Virus record (IMG/VR): IMGVR_UViG_3300025133_000164
Span: 1 to 50,042 of that record
Direction: 5' to 3' (one strand)
Length of the DNA stretch: 50,042 bases
From: a virus
Lineage: Duplodnaviria; Caudoviricetes
Notes under the pieces: generated by a model
What the model saw: the letters and a program-made list of their open reading frames with translations, nothing else
Told to the model about the DNA's origin: nothing
Databases searched by the model: none
Position numbers and translations under genes: made by a program
Part shown: in pieces, positions 9,550 to 18,892 of the stretch
Layout: every line of letters starts with the position of its first letter
Position numbering within the stretch: position 1 is the stretch's first letter

Positions 9550-9816
9550 GGCGGAAGCCTGCTCGACAGTGCCATTCACGGGCGGGAAGTCTTCGAAGGT
9601 TGCCCCGTCGGCCATCTGGGAGTGGGTCATCTTGTCGACGAGCTTGCCGAGCACCTCCTCGCACTTCGGACAGAGATCTCCGAGCGAGAGTTCGCGGCGT
9701 CCCAGGCGGACAAAGATGGAGGGGAGCGTACGCGAGGTGGGGGCCTGCTCTTCACCGACCTCCACGGTCTTGGCGCAGCGGTCGCACTTGAGGGCCTGGA
9801 TGGTGACGATAGCCAT
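9547..9816 (-). CDS. Small zinc-binding protein (89 aa; CDRC...DLCPKC)
   Basis: ATG at 9816 lies just after the upstream stop; two CxxC pairs. Confidence 0.65.
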   Translation of the reverse strand: MAIVTIQALKCDRCAKTVEVGEEQAPTSRTLPSIFVRLGRRELSLGDLCPKCEEVLGKLVDKMTHSQMADGATFEDFPPVNGTVEQASA

Positions 9817-9818
9817 GA

Positions 9819-10352
9819 TCAGACGACCTTCTTCGGGGCACGGGTGTTGGAGCGGCGGGGGGCGGCCTTGGGGGCAGGGGCCTTCGTCGCAGTGGCGAGA
9901 GCCTGGGCGACGATGGTGTTGACCTTCTCCGTCAGTTCGACGGTCTTGGCGGCGACGGCAGCTTCGACCATCGGCTTCAGCGTACGCTTCACTTCGAACT
10001 TGAGCTTCTCCTCGATGCCCTCCCACAGGGACTCATCCGAGAAGATGACGGTGGAGCTGTACGTGACGTTGCCCTTGTCGTCGGTGTGCTCCGCGTAGGA
10101 GCACTCGACGTTGACGGGCGCGGAGATGAGGGTGAACTTCGCCAGACGCTCGGAGCCCTCGGCGATCTCTTCGTCGCGGTAGCCGGCGCGCCAGAAGACG
10201 CCCATGTTCTTGTTCGACTTCACCCGGATGGCGACGCAGGTCACCGTTTCCGCACCCTGGTGCGTGGGATCGAGGGCGTAGACACCGCCCACGACGATGG
10301 GCGGGCACTTCCAGTCCGTCTCGGACTGCGGGAGTGGCGCGTTGTTGGCCAT
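9819..10352 (-). CDS. Hypothetical protein (177 aa) with basic A/K/P/R tail
   Basis: AAGGA RBS, high GC3 codon use, and a TGtTACTCT extended -10 upstream (~10381-10389). Confidence 0.7.
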   Translation of the reverse strand: MANNAPLPQSETDWKCPPIVVGGVYALDPTHQGAETVTCVAIRVKSNKNMGVFWRAGYRDEEIAEGSERLAKFTLISAPVNVECSYAEHTDDKGNVTYSSTVIFSDESLWEGIEEKLKFEVKRTLKPMVEAAVAAKTVELTEKVNTIVAQALATATKAPAPKAAPRRSNTRAPKKVV

Positions 10353-10399
10353 GATGTAGATTCCTTGGTTGGGGACCTACAGAGTAACACGGCTACTGA

Positions 10400-11908
10400 C
10401 TAACTGGGGAGCGTATACCACCTACGCCAGCCGCCCTTTCGGAATCGGCTGGGCGTAGCACGAGCAGCGTGCTTGGAGACCGGCGTACTTGCCGGGCGCA
10501 GATCGCCATAGCGCTTCGCCATCAAGAACAGGCCCTCGTCGTAGCGAACCTTCGCCATGGCGGAGCCGGTCTTGTCTCCCTGCGTCTCGTACATCCGCAT
10601 GAGGACGGCGTCGATGAGGATGTCCACTGCTTCGGGGCGGAGCCTCGGGGCGTCGGCGTCGTTCGTCAGCTTCGTCGGCCGACGGATGACGCGGAGATCG
10701 ACCTCGTAGCGAGCATCCGGGCGCGGGGACAGGAACAGCGTCTCGTAGACGCCGTGATCGTCGCGCAGTCGACGGTGGTAGTCCGGGGTCACCGTACCGT
10801 CGTCGTCCCACGTCGTGGCGTGGCCATTGATGTCGGCGATCAGGTAGTAGGTCTCGTCGGCTTCGACACGCGGGTTGCCTGCACTGGTGGTGTCCAGGAC
10901 ATGGCGACGACGCCAGATCCGCTTCCGCCAACCGGCGTGGTGGTACCGGGCGGTGGCGCTGCCACCGAAGCCCTGCATGTAGTGGAGATCGGGGCTGGTG
11001 ACCCGCACGGCGTTGCCGTTGTGGGTGACGGTGACGGTGCTGCTCGCCGTGCTGGGGCTGGATTCCCAGCGAGGCTCTTCGCGCACCATGTTCACAGCAT
11101 CCCAACCAGGGTTCTGCCACTCGTCGTCGCGCTCGGCCCAGTAGTAGGTGACCCGGTAGGAGAACTGCCCGACAGGCTGGGCCGTCGCCAAGCTCGCATC
11201 CCAGGTACCGGCAGCCACAGCCGTCGCAGCCGTCGGTGCAGTCGACGGTGCAGGCACGGGAGCCTCGATCTTCCGTCGGAACATCAGCCGGGGAACCCCA
11301 GCGACATTGGTCGACGGAGTGTCTGCAAGGCTCCACTCCTCCGCTTCGCCCTGGTCCACGACGGCGAGGGGCCAGTCCTGGTTGTTCTTGTAGAGCCGAG
11401 CAGAGTGGATCTGGAGGACGTCGCCAGGCACGGAGTACTGAGGCGTGAAGATCCGCCACGTCATCCCGGTGTCCGTGACGTTGTGCCACGGCGTCATCAG
11501 GGAGATGTGGTCCTTGGTGCCCGTCTGGTCGCTGTCGGCGGTCCAGATCTCACGAATCTGGTGCCGGTGAACCGTGCCGTCGGACTCGGTGACTTCAATC
11601 CAACGACCCCAGTGGGTGGGATCGGTGTTCCAGTTCGTCTGCGGGGTCGTCGCCGACGCCAACGTCTTCTGGAGGACCCACCGGTCCGAAGCGTGGACGC
11701 GGCAGGTGTCATCGGCGTCCGCGTTCACCAGATCGGGCTGCGAAGCGAAGTGGACCTTGTCCTGGAAGAACAGGTACGGGGCTTCCATCGCCATGCGGAA
11801 GTAGGCGCGGTTGATGAACTCGTTGGCGCGGTCGACCGCAGTCGTTGCCTGGGCAGGGCTCCAGTCCAGCTGGGCCCACACTGCCTTGCGGATGTCTTCA
11901 CGGTTCAT
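10400..11908 (-). CDS. Head-tail adaptor (tail tubular A-like) with large inserted beta domains (502 aa)
   Basis: N-terminus MNREDIRKAV...NEFINRAY and C-terminus DADAPRL.PEAVDILIDAVL match adaptor helical bundles; follows the capsid and decoration genes. Confidence 0.65.
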   Translation of the reverse strand: MNREDIRKAVWAQLDWSPAQATTAVDRANEFINRAYFRMAMEAPYLFFQDKVHFASQPDLVNADADDTCRVHASDRWVLQKTLASATTPQTNWNTDPTHWGRWIEVTESDGTVHRHQIREIWTADSDQTGTKDHISLMTPWHNVTDTGMTWRIFTPQYSVPGDVLQIHSARLYKNNQDWPLAVVDQGEAEEWSLADTPSTNVAGVPRLMFRRKIEAPVPAPSTAPTAATAVAAGTWDASLATAQPVGQFSYRVTYYWAERDDEWQNPGWDAVNMVREEPRWESSPSTASSTVTVTHNGNAVRVTSPDLHYMQGFGGSATARYHHAGWRKRIWRRRHVLDTTSAGNPRVEADETYYLIADINGHATTWDDDGTVTPDYHRRLRDDHGVYETLFLSPRPDARYEVDLRVIRRPTKLTNDADAPRLRPEAVDILIDAVLMRMYETQGDKTGSAMAKVRYDEGLFLMAKRYGDLRPASTPVSKHAARATPSRFRKGGWRRWYTLPS

Positions 11909-11943
11909 GGTCAGGCTCCCGAGTCAGTGTACCAGAACGAAGA

Positions 11944-11985
11944 TGACCCCAGGCCGACGGCAGGGGGTACCGTGACCTGGGGCCA
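11944..11985 (-). terminator. Putative terminator hairpin after the capsid/decoration genes
   Basis: Minus strand GGCCCCAGGTC..ACGGTA/TGCCGT..GGCCTGGGGTC followed by ATCTTCGTT. Confidence 0.4.
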
Positions 11986-12020
11986 AAGCCCGCCTGAGCT
12001 GGAGGAGGGGGCCGGGGGGA

Positions 12021-12545
12021 CTACCAGCCGCAGTCGATCACCGCGAGGCCCGTCGCGCTCGCCGCGATCTCGGCGATCGGGAAGGCGATGACGGCGATGT
12101 TCTCGTTGGCGGTTCCGTCGGCGTATTCGAGGAGAGATCCGACCTCGGCACCACCGGTGGTGGCGGCGGTGTCCGCAGACAGGACCGCACCGGAGCCGGC
12201 GAGGACCGAACCCACACCCTTGCGGAGGACGAAGCCGTAGCTGCCGACCGCGATGGCGTGCTGAGCGACACCGATGACGCTGATCTTCGGCTGGTGGACG
12301 GTCACCGGAGTGATCGTCGCACCGAAGTAGTCTTCGGTAGCCGCCGACGGGTCGCGGTAGACCGCCGTACCGAGGGCGAAAGCGTTGGCGGGGTCGTCGT
12401 TGAAGACGTAGACCCACTCCTGCTCACCACGGTCGGCACGGTCGTGCCCACCGCTGGTGGCCGGAAGCTTGAGGACGAAGCCAAGAGGGCACTGCTGGTC
12501 GGTCGAGACCAGGGTGACGCTGATGCCGGCACCGGACTGGGACAT
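12021..12545 (-). CDS. Capsid decoration / cement protein (174 aa)
   Basis: Immediately after the MCP. EWVYV and IGVAQHAIAVGSYGFV motifs are typical of beta-tulip decoration proteins. Confidence 0.65.
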   Translation of the reverse strand: MSQSGAGISVTLVSTDQQCPLGFVLKLPATSGGHDRADRGEQEWVYVFNDDPANAFALGTAVYRDPSAATEDYFGATITPVTVHQPKISVIGVAQHAIAVGSYGFVLRKGVGSVLAGSGAVLSADTAATTGGAEVGSLLEYADGTANENIAVIAFPIAEIAASATGLAVIDCGW

Positions 12546-12581
12546 GAGGGTGTCTCCTGAAGATGAGGTAGGGTCGTCGCC

Positions 12582-13664
12582 TTAGGCGATCGAGGAACCC
12601 TCGATGACGCCGTTGCAGCGCAGCTGGTTGCAGTGGATGCCCCGGTAGTCGACGATCTCGTACCGGAAGAGGTCCTGCTCGGGGAGCCGGAAGGGACCAC
12701 GGAGGCTGAAGTCGCCCTTGGTCTCCTTGCTGGCGTCGTGGCCGAGGGTGTACATGTGCCAGGAAGCGGTCTTCATGAAGTAGATCACGCCGTTCCGGCC
12801 CGCACCACTGTTGAAGGCGGTAGCCGCCGGGCGGAGAGCGTCTTCCAGGAAGAAGTCCGCGTCGAGGAACTTGACGCCCATGCGGACGTTGCCCGGAACG
12901 TGGTCGTTCTGGACCGCCGTGGTCCGGACGTGATCGTCCAGATCCTCCAGGTAGTTCAGGTACGAGGTCTCGTCACCCAGCATCAGGTCGACGGGACCCA
13001 TCGACTTGCCCTGGCGCGAACAGGCGTAGTAGACCTGGCGCATGGTCGAGCGACCGTCGGTGGCGAAGCTGGTGACCTGGCCGTACTGGTTGTGCCAACC
13101 GGCGAGGCCGCCAGCCGCAGCCGGCTTGCCGAGACCGAAGACAGTCGAGGACTGCGCCGTGGTCGCAGCGAACTCGAAGACGCCAGTGCGAGCGGTGCCG
13201 TTCGGGTTGTAGGTCGTGTCGCCGTTGAGCGTGAGCAGGCCACCGACATCGGTGCCATCACCGGTCGCCAGCTGGTCCGCGTAGCGCTCGTGGAAGTCCG
13301 ACATGCCCAGTTCGGGGTAGTCGCGGAGGATCCGAGCGAGATCCTGTTCACCGTTGGCCTCGGCGAGGTCCTTGCCGGGGACGTCGAACGCGTAGATGAG
13401 CCGGGGGGCGTAGGTGTCACCGCGCGAGGCGTTCTGGCGGCGTCCGCCAGCGATGACCTCGGAGCCGGTCAGGACCTGGGTCACCGAGCCGGGGCCGTCG
13501 GTCACGACGGTGAACTCACGGTACGGTCCGGTGAGGACCGACTTGGTGAGGTTGCCCTTGAGGACGATCTTCTCCAGGATCGGATGCCACTGAACGAACA
13601 GCTCGCTGTACTTCGGCATCAGCTCCTGAAGAGCGGTGGCGAGAACGTCTGCGGAGATGGCCAT
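12582..13664 (-). CDS. Major capsid protein (HK97 fold, 360 aa)
   Basis: Size, position after an acidic scaffold, very strong codon bias, and a C-terminal YRGIHCNQLRCNGVI motif. Confidence 0.85.
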   Translation of the reverse strand: MAISADVLATALQELMPKYSELFVQWHPILEKIVLKGNLTKSVLTGPYREFTVVTDGPGSVTQVLTGSEVIAGGRRQNASRGDTYAPRLIYAFDVPGKDLAEANGEQDLARILRDYPELGMSDFHERYADQLATGDGTDVGGLLTLNGDTTYNPNGTARTGVFEFAATTAQSSTVFGLGKPAAAGGLAGWHNQYGQVTSFATDGRSTMRQVYYACSRQGKSMGPVDLMLGDETSYLNYLEDLDDHVRTTAVQNDHVPGNVRMGVKFLDADFFLEDALRPAATAFNSGAGRNGVIYFMKTASWHMYTLGHDASKETKGDFSLRGPFRLPEQDLFRYEIVDYRGIHCNQLRCNGVIEGSSIA

Positions 13665-13667
13665 GTT

Positions 13668-14606
13668 CTACTTCCTTCGGCTGGACCCCTTGAGGGCCCT
13701 CTTGACTGCGATGTTGCGGATGTCGTCCATGGAGTTGGCGCTCTGCATCGGATCGATCGGTGCAGGCGTTCCAGCCTTGCTGTCGCCTTCGGCACCGGAG
13801 GTGACTTGGGCTGACGATCGAGGAGCGGGTCGCTCTACTGGAGGTGTACCAGATCCCTGAGTCTCCAGCAAGGAGAATCTCACGGCGTGGTGCTGCGGAA
13901 CGCCCTGCTTCCACAGGGCGGTAGCCGCTTCGATGACTTCCTTGGGCTGAGAGAACAGCTGGACAGCCAGTTCGGGGTCCCAGTCCTGGTTGATCAGGTC
14001 GAGGATGCCCTTCTTGGAGGTCTTGTCCTTCAGGATGTCTGCGTGTCGGGCGTTGAACGCCGTCACCCAGTCCCGAGCTTCGTCGTCCGCCTGCTTCTGG
14101 ACGCGTTCCTTGTAGGTCGCGAAGTCGGACGTCAGCTTCTCGTGGTCTCCACGCCACTTGTCGCGCTCGGAGGTCAGGGTTCCGACTCGCGGATCCTCCT
14201 GCCCCTGGAGCATGGCGTCGTAGACGGTCTGGAGGCTGTTGAAGCTATCCTCGGCGGCCTTCACCCTCGGCTGGTAGTAGCCGTGGAACTTGTGGGCCAT
14301 CGTCCGATGCTCTTCGGGGAAGGTCATCAGATCCCCGTCCCACTCCTCCCAGCCGAAGTCGTCGTACCAGGGGGTCTCTGGCGGAGCGGCGACACCCGAC
14401 GTCGGGGACGAGGTCACGGAAGGGGGGGTTGAAGAGGCTCCGGCGTCGGAAGCCGCCTCTCCACCAGAGGTTTCGGAGTCCGACCCGGAGGTCGCAGACT
14501 CGGATCCACCGGCACCGCTGGTAGCGGACTCTCCGCCCCCAGCATCACCAGCAGGAGCGGATCCCACATCCGCAGTAGGTTCGTCTTCCAGCTCGTAGAG
14601 GTGCAT
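13668..14606 (-). CDS. Capsid scaffolding protein (312 aa)
   Basis: Acidic, low-complexity N-terminus (duplicated ESATSG), central coiled coil and basic C-terminal helix; directly upstream of the MCP. Confidence 0.75.
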   Translation of the reverse strand: MHLYELEDEPTADVGSAPAGDAGGGESATSGAGGSESATSGSDSETSGGEAASDAGASSTPPSVTSSPTSGVAAPPETPWYDDFGWEEWDGDLMTFPEEHRTMAHKFHGYYQPRVKAAEDSFNSLQTVYDAMLQGQEDPRVGTLTSERDKWRGDHEKLTSDFATYKERVQKQADDEARDWVTAFNARHADILKDKTSKKGILDLINQDWDPELAVQLFSQPKEVIEAATALWKQGVPQHHAVRFSLLETQGSGTPPVERPAPRSSAQVTSGAEGDSKAGTPAPIDPMQSANSMDDIRNIAVKRALKGSSRRK

Positions 14607-14962
14607 CAGATGTCCTCGCCCTTGTCGTCGGCCTCACCCTCGGACTTGTCGTCGGACTTGCTCTTCTTCTTGGGCGGACCGCCGTCGGCGTCGTCCTTCC
14701 CGAAAGCCTTCTTCACCGCGCCCATCCGCATGGACTCGATCGACATCGGCTCTTCGTCCGGAGGACCGCCAGCCAGCGGGTCGCCCATCGGAGGTCCACC
14801 CAGGGGGTCGGCACCCAGATCGCCCATCGGAGCTTCACCAGCGCTGGGAGCCAACTCGTAGCCCTCCATCTGGAGGAGCGACATCAGGGCCTGCCCGTCT
14901 GCGGGAGGGGCGGAAGCCAGCTTCTGAGCCAGGGCATCGTAGCCGGCGGGATCCATGGGCAT
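14606..14962 (-). CDS. Hypothetical acidic P/G-rich protein (118 aa)
   Basis: ATG at 14962 with AAAGGA RBS; TGATG overlap with the scaffold gene. Confidence 0.7.
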   Translation of the reverse strand: MPMDPAGYDALAQKLASAPPADGQALMSLLQMEGYELAPSAGEAPMGDLGADPLGGPPMGDPLAGGPPDEEPMSIESMRMGAVKKAFGKDDADGGPPKKKSKSDDKSEGEADDKGEDI

Positions 14963-14981
14963 GAGAACGTCCTTTGAAGAG

Positions 14982-15010
14982 AGGGTATGTGGTGTCCGAT
15001 CAGCTGTCAA
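14982..15010 (-). promoter_or_regulatory. Sigma-70-type promoter for the head operon
   Basis: Minus strand TTGACA-17 nt-TACCCT, ~20 nt upstream of the 14962 start. Confidence 0.65.
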
Positions 15011-15014
15011 CTAC

Positions 15015-17633
15015 CTAAAACTCGTCGCGTTCGCCGGTCAGGTAGCGGTGTGCACGGGTGAAGGGGGACTGCGGGGGTGCAGTCTGGATGACCTCACCGG
15101 AGTGCTTCATCACCTGGGCGAGAACCTCTTGCGAGATCGCCCCGTCCTTGTGCAGCTGTTGTGCCATCGGCTTGGAAGCTGCAAGAGCAAGCAGCCCCTC
15201 CTCGGAGAGGTCCCCAGGCTGAAGGGGCTTGCCCATCCGAAGAGCCTGGTGACGGAACTGGTTGCTGACCTCGTTGATCGCCTTCAGGTTCTCAGCAGCA
15301 AGAAGAGGGATGATGGCGACAGCTGCTGCGGCAGGGGATCCGGCAGCCATAAGCGCCTTGCTACCCAACGAATCCGGGGTGAGCTTGGCTTTCTCCCCCA
15401 GAAGGGCGTACTCGGAGGCCCGATTCCGGGCGTCGGCAAGGTTCATCTCCTCGATCTTCAAGTCCTGAGGAGCCAACTCGGCGGCTGGAGTCCCGAGCTT
15501 CTGCACCGAAGGGTCGAACCAGGGCTTCAGCTGGTCGCCTTCGAAGAAGTGGGCGTGAGGCTTAGTGCCGGGGGTTAGGCCAGACATGCCCCCCTCTGCT
15601 GTCAGCAACCCGTCGTAGCCCAGGGCCCGGATCTTCTGGTTCAGAGGCTCCAAAGTCTGCCAGTTGCCGTGGGCGGACACGAAGGAGTCAAACAACTCCC
15701 TGTTGTGCGGTAGTTTGACCGGCTCAATCAACTCCGGAGAAGACACAGGGAAGGACTTGAAGATCTGAGAAGGCATCAGATGAGTGCCTGAAGCAATCCC
15801 GGCCTCCAGATGCTGGATGAGCTTGCCTCGGTCCATCCAGGCCGTCTTATTCACCTCATCGGGCATGATCTCGACAAGGCTCGCGTAGACTTGGCCGTCG
15901 GAACTGGTGTAGGCAAGGACGGGCACCTTTTCAGGTAGCGCCTTCTTCAAGTACTCGACAGAGTCTGAAATGTCCTCAAAGCTGTACGTCGCCTTCAAAA
16001 GTTCATCATGGGGCAGCGCCCCACCCCACTGCTTCAAGTCGGGGTAGCTATCCATGACCGCTTCGTAGACATCCGGTTCGATCTTCGAAAACAGGTCGCC
16101 CTCTTCCTGCGGAGTCAACGACTCCCAGAGGCTGGTTCGATGTGCGGAATCCCACGGGTCGAACAGGTTCTTCGCACCCCCAACCAGCGGCAAAATCCGG
16201 GCGTACTGGGTCCTCTTCAGCAGAGGATCCGGATCGAAGGACTCCACTGCCGCCTGCCGAGGGATCGCTTCGGCTACTTCTACCGGCAGCAAGATCCGGC
16301 TATTCGGCTTTGGGTCCTCTTGGTAGAGGATGAGCTTGAGCGCCTCCTCTTTGGGGATCAGGACCCGATCGCCCAGGTTCCCCGAATCGGGGCCAAACCG
16401 AATCTTGACCGCAGGCTCTCCAGATACGAGGTCCTTCCCAGGTACTGAGACCCAAGTTGCGGTGACCTGCTCGGGAAGCTCCTGCTCCAAAAAATAGCGA
16501 ACAGCACGCGTGTTGCTGGGGTCTAACCGATAGCGTTGCTGGGCCTTATTGATTGCATCCACGCTCTTCACGTACTCAGGCGAATCCCAGTCCCATGGAG
16601 GGTCATAAGTACGCATGGCGTCGTGGACGGTGTTCTCGTCGTAGCCGATCCAATGAGAAGCAAACTCTGGACGCAGTGTTGTGGAGATCTGAGGCTCTGC
16701 CGCCAACCCCGGCTGGCGCGGCTCCAGGGTGATCTCCTTCTGCATCGTCGGAGACGGAACGTTGGGGAACCCCCGAACCTCAACAAGGTGCGACTCAAAG
16801 TCGTCTCCCGAAACGTGGAACTCCACCTGATCAACTTCGTTCTTCAGCATCTCTACGACTTCTCCCGAATACTCGTGAAAAAGCCCCCGACTTACAAGAT
16901 GAGTGACTGAATCCGCATCATCAGGCACCCCCACCAGCAAGGTTGCGGGGAACCCCCCCGCCCCCGGTTCGGCCTCGCGCATGCTGACTGGAACCCAGTC
17001 CGGGAAGAACCGATTGATGTGGGCATCCGCATCCTGGACGCTGGTAAGCCCGCCGTGAAACACCCGACCAGCCAAAGTATCCCAACCCTTTATGGCCCGG
17101 GCATGCAAGTAGGGCAGCTCCTTGCTTGTCAACTCTGAGAACCTGGCCCGATCAACCTCTTCGATTGGGAGGGCAGCGGTGCCGTGGTAGAGCCGCTCCG
17201 GCTTGCCTTCCTCGGTCTTGAGCTTCGGGTCGGTGCCCTTCCACCACTCCTGGGTGTCGACCAGATCCTGAAGCTCAGCCTGCTTCAAGGCGGATTGGGC
17301 TGCCTCTTGCCGAGCGACGGCGACCTTGTTCTGGGGAAGGGTCCGCTCGTAGGCGGCTTCCTTCATCCCTGGAGGCTGCCTCTTGAGGCCCTCCTTCATG
17401 ATCGTGTGCTCCAAGACGGGGAGCGGCGCGACCCAGTCGACCGCACGGGCGGCGATCCGCTTGCCCTGATCGGACTCCCAATCCTGGAGCCCCTGGAAGC
17501 GGTCGTCGTCCGTCTGCGTGCCGAGCGCCTTCCGAGCCGCACCCAGCCGATCATCCTGAAGCTCCTGGCTGGCAGACTTCTCCTGCTCGGGAAGGCCGTA
17601 GTGCTGCCGGATGCTCTTGTAGGGATCGGCCAC
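15015..17633 (-). CDS. ADP-ribosyltransferase-like protein (ART-PolyVal type) with three repeated insertions (872 aa)
   Basis: GTG at 17633 with AAGGAG RBS. Motifs in order: EGKPERLYHGT, ISTT.RPEFA, ILPL...KNLFD, GNWQTLE, LGYDG...EGG, FFEGDQLK. AT-richer than its flanks. Confidence 0.7.
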   Translation of the reverse strand: MADPYKSIRQHYGLPEQEKSASQELQDDRLGAARKALGTQTDDDRFQGLQDWESDQGKRIAARAVDWVAPLPVLEHTIMKEGLKRQPPGMKEAAYERTLPQNKVAVARQEAAQSALKQAELQDLVDTQEWWKGTDPKLKTEEGKPERLYHGTAALPIEEVDRARFSELTSKELPYLHARAIKGWDTLAGRVFHGGLTSVQDADAHINRFFPDWVPVSMREAEPGAGGFPATLLVGVPDDADSVTHLVSRGLFHEYSGEVVEMLKNEVDQVEFHVSGDDFESHLVEVRGFPNVPSPTMQKEITLEPRQPGLAAEPQISTTLRPEFASHWIGYDENTVHDAMRTYDPPWDWDSPEYVKSVDAINKAQQRYRLDPSNTRAVRYFLEQELPEQVTATWVSVPGKDLVSGEPAVKIRFGPDSGNLGDRVLIPKEEALKLILYQEDPKPNSRILLPVEVAEAIPRQAAVESFDPDPLLKRTQYARILPLVGGAKNLFDPWDSAHRTSLWESLTPQEEGDLFSKIEPDVYEAVMDSYPDLKQWGGALPHDELLKATYSFEDISDSVEYLKKALPEKVPVLAYTSSDGQVYASLVEIMPDEVNKTAWMDRGKLIQHLEAGIASGTHLMPSQIFKSFPVSSPELIEPVKLPHNRELFDSFVSAHGNWQTLEPLNQKIRALGYDGLLTAEGGMSGLTPGTKPHAHFFEGDQLKPWFDPSVQKLGTPAAELAPQDLKIEEMNLADARNRASEYALLGEKAKLTPDSLGSKALMAAGSPAAAAVAIIPLLAAENLKAINEVSNQFRHQALRMGKPLQPGDLSEEGLLALAASKPMAQQLHKDGAISQEVLAQVMKHSGEVIQTAPPQSPFTRAHRYLTGERDEF

Positions 17634-17635
17634 TT

Positions 17636-18142
17636 CTACTCCTTGGCGGGGCCTTGCCCACCACCTTCGAAGGTGTGCATCGCCGTAGCCCGCTCTTGCA
17701 GTTCGGGGGCCTTCTTGGCTTCGGGCGTTCTGTTGTGGAGGTCCGCACTCTTGTAGTAGGCGTCCCCGGCGTCGGCTACCTGATCCCGATGCTCCGACCA
17801 AGCCCGGTAGTCATCCATGTCCGACCTGAAGTCAGGCGAAATCGTGATCATCCCCTTCTGCTCCAAGAGCCGAGCTGTCTCCAGCGCGTTGATGATGTCC
17901 CGACTCCAGCCTTGAGGGAGGGGCGTCCCGGGATGGTCCTCGGGATCGAAACGCTCCTTCAACCCCCAGGCGCTACCGATACGCTCTGCCGAAGAAAGCT
18001 GCCGATCGTAGAGAGCGTCTCGCTTTTGGCCCAAGTCCTTATAAGCAGCAACATCTTCCTGCGCGCGTTCAGCCGAATCCCGAGAAGCTGTGATGGCGTC
18101 GCGTGCGGCACTGTCGCGCCAGGACTTCAGTTCATCCGACAT
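17636..18142 (-). CDS. Hypothetical protein (168 aa), partner of the ART gene
   Basis: AAAGGAG RBS; lies in the same AT-richer block; helical. Confidence 0.7.
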   Translation of the reverse strand: MSDELKSWRDSAARDAITASRDSAERAQEDVAAYKDLGQKRDALYDRQLSSAERIGSAWGLKERFDPEDHPGTPLPQGWSRDIINALETARLLEQKGMITISPDFRSDMDDYRAWSEHRDQVADAGDAYYKSADLHNRTPEAKKAPELQERATAMHTFEGGGQGPAKE

Positions 18143-18164
18143 GGATCTACTCCTTTCTCTGCTG

Positions 18165-18590
18165 CTATCCTACATGGGGGACGGGTGTGCTGTCTCCAAC
18201 TGCGCGCTTCTTCTCGGCTTCCTTCTTCGTGTACTCACGGCGGTGGTTCAGGTCGCGGAAGCCAGCTTCCTTCGACCGATCCTCAGCCAGGTTGCGGACG
18301 TGGTCGTAGTGGTCTCGCCACTCCTTGTCCTTCGGGTCGTGGAAGACGCCGTGCTTGCCCTCGTACTCCCGAAGCTGACTCTTCGTCGTGAAGGTCTTGC
18401 CAATCTGATCCACCCTGAAGGGGTGAGTGTCGGTGGGGCCTGACTGGACGGTCGGAAAGAGGACGTTGCTGGCGGGACCGCCACATTCCTCGCACCGGTG
18501 GCCATGCTCCTCGATGTCGGCCAGCTTCCAGTAGGTCTCCTGCTCGATGCCGCATTCCGGATCCAGGCAGCGTTCCATGTAGACAGGCAT
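18165..18590 (-). CDS. FmdB-like zinc-ribbon protein (141 aa)
   Basis: MPVY.ERC....C...CEECG pattern with a TGATG-coupled start; such genes commonly follow portal genes. Confidence 0.7.
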   Translation of the reverse strand: MPVYMERCLDPECGIEQETYWKLADIEEHGHRCEECGGPASNVLFPTVQSGPTDTHPFRVDQIGKTFTTKSQLREYEGKHGVFHDPKDKEWRDHYDHVRNLAEDRSKEAGFRDLNHRREYTKKEAEKKRAVGDSTPVPHVG

Positions 18591-18868
18591 CAGCCGTTCT
18601 CCTCGATGCCGTCCTTGAACATCTTGCTCTTGCACCAGTCCATAGCGTAGTAGAGGCGGGCGAGACCGGCGTCTCCGGGATCGAGTTGGGTGAGGTAGGT
18701 CAGCCCCTCCTCACCGGGCATGTCGACCACGGCGACGAGCGCGTACCCTTCCAGGTACCCGGCCTCCGCAATGTTGAGCATGTTGGTGAGGAACTTCTCG
18801 GCGGTCTCGCAGCTTGTCTTCTTCGTGGTCGCAGCCAGGATCGGCGCGCCAGCGGTGTCGTTCTCCAT
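18590..18868 (-). CDS. Hypothetical protein (92 aa)
   Basis: AGGAG RBS, strong codon bias, coupled to the downstream gene. Confidence 0.7.
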   Translation of the reverse strand: MENDTAGAPILAATTKKTSCETAEKFLTNMLNIAEAGYLEGYALVAVVDMPGEEGLTYLTQLDPGDAGLARLYYAMDWCKSKMFKDGIEENG

Positions 18869-18892
18869 GAGGTCCAGCTCCTTGGGTTTGGG

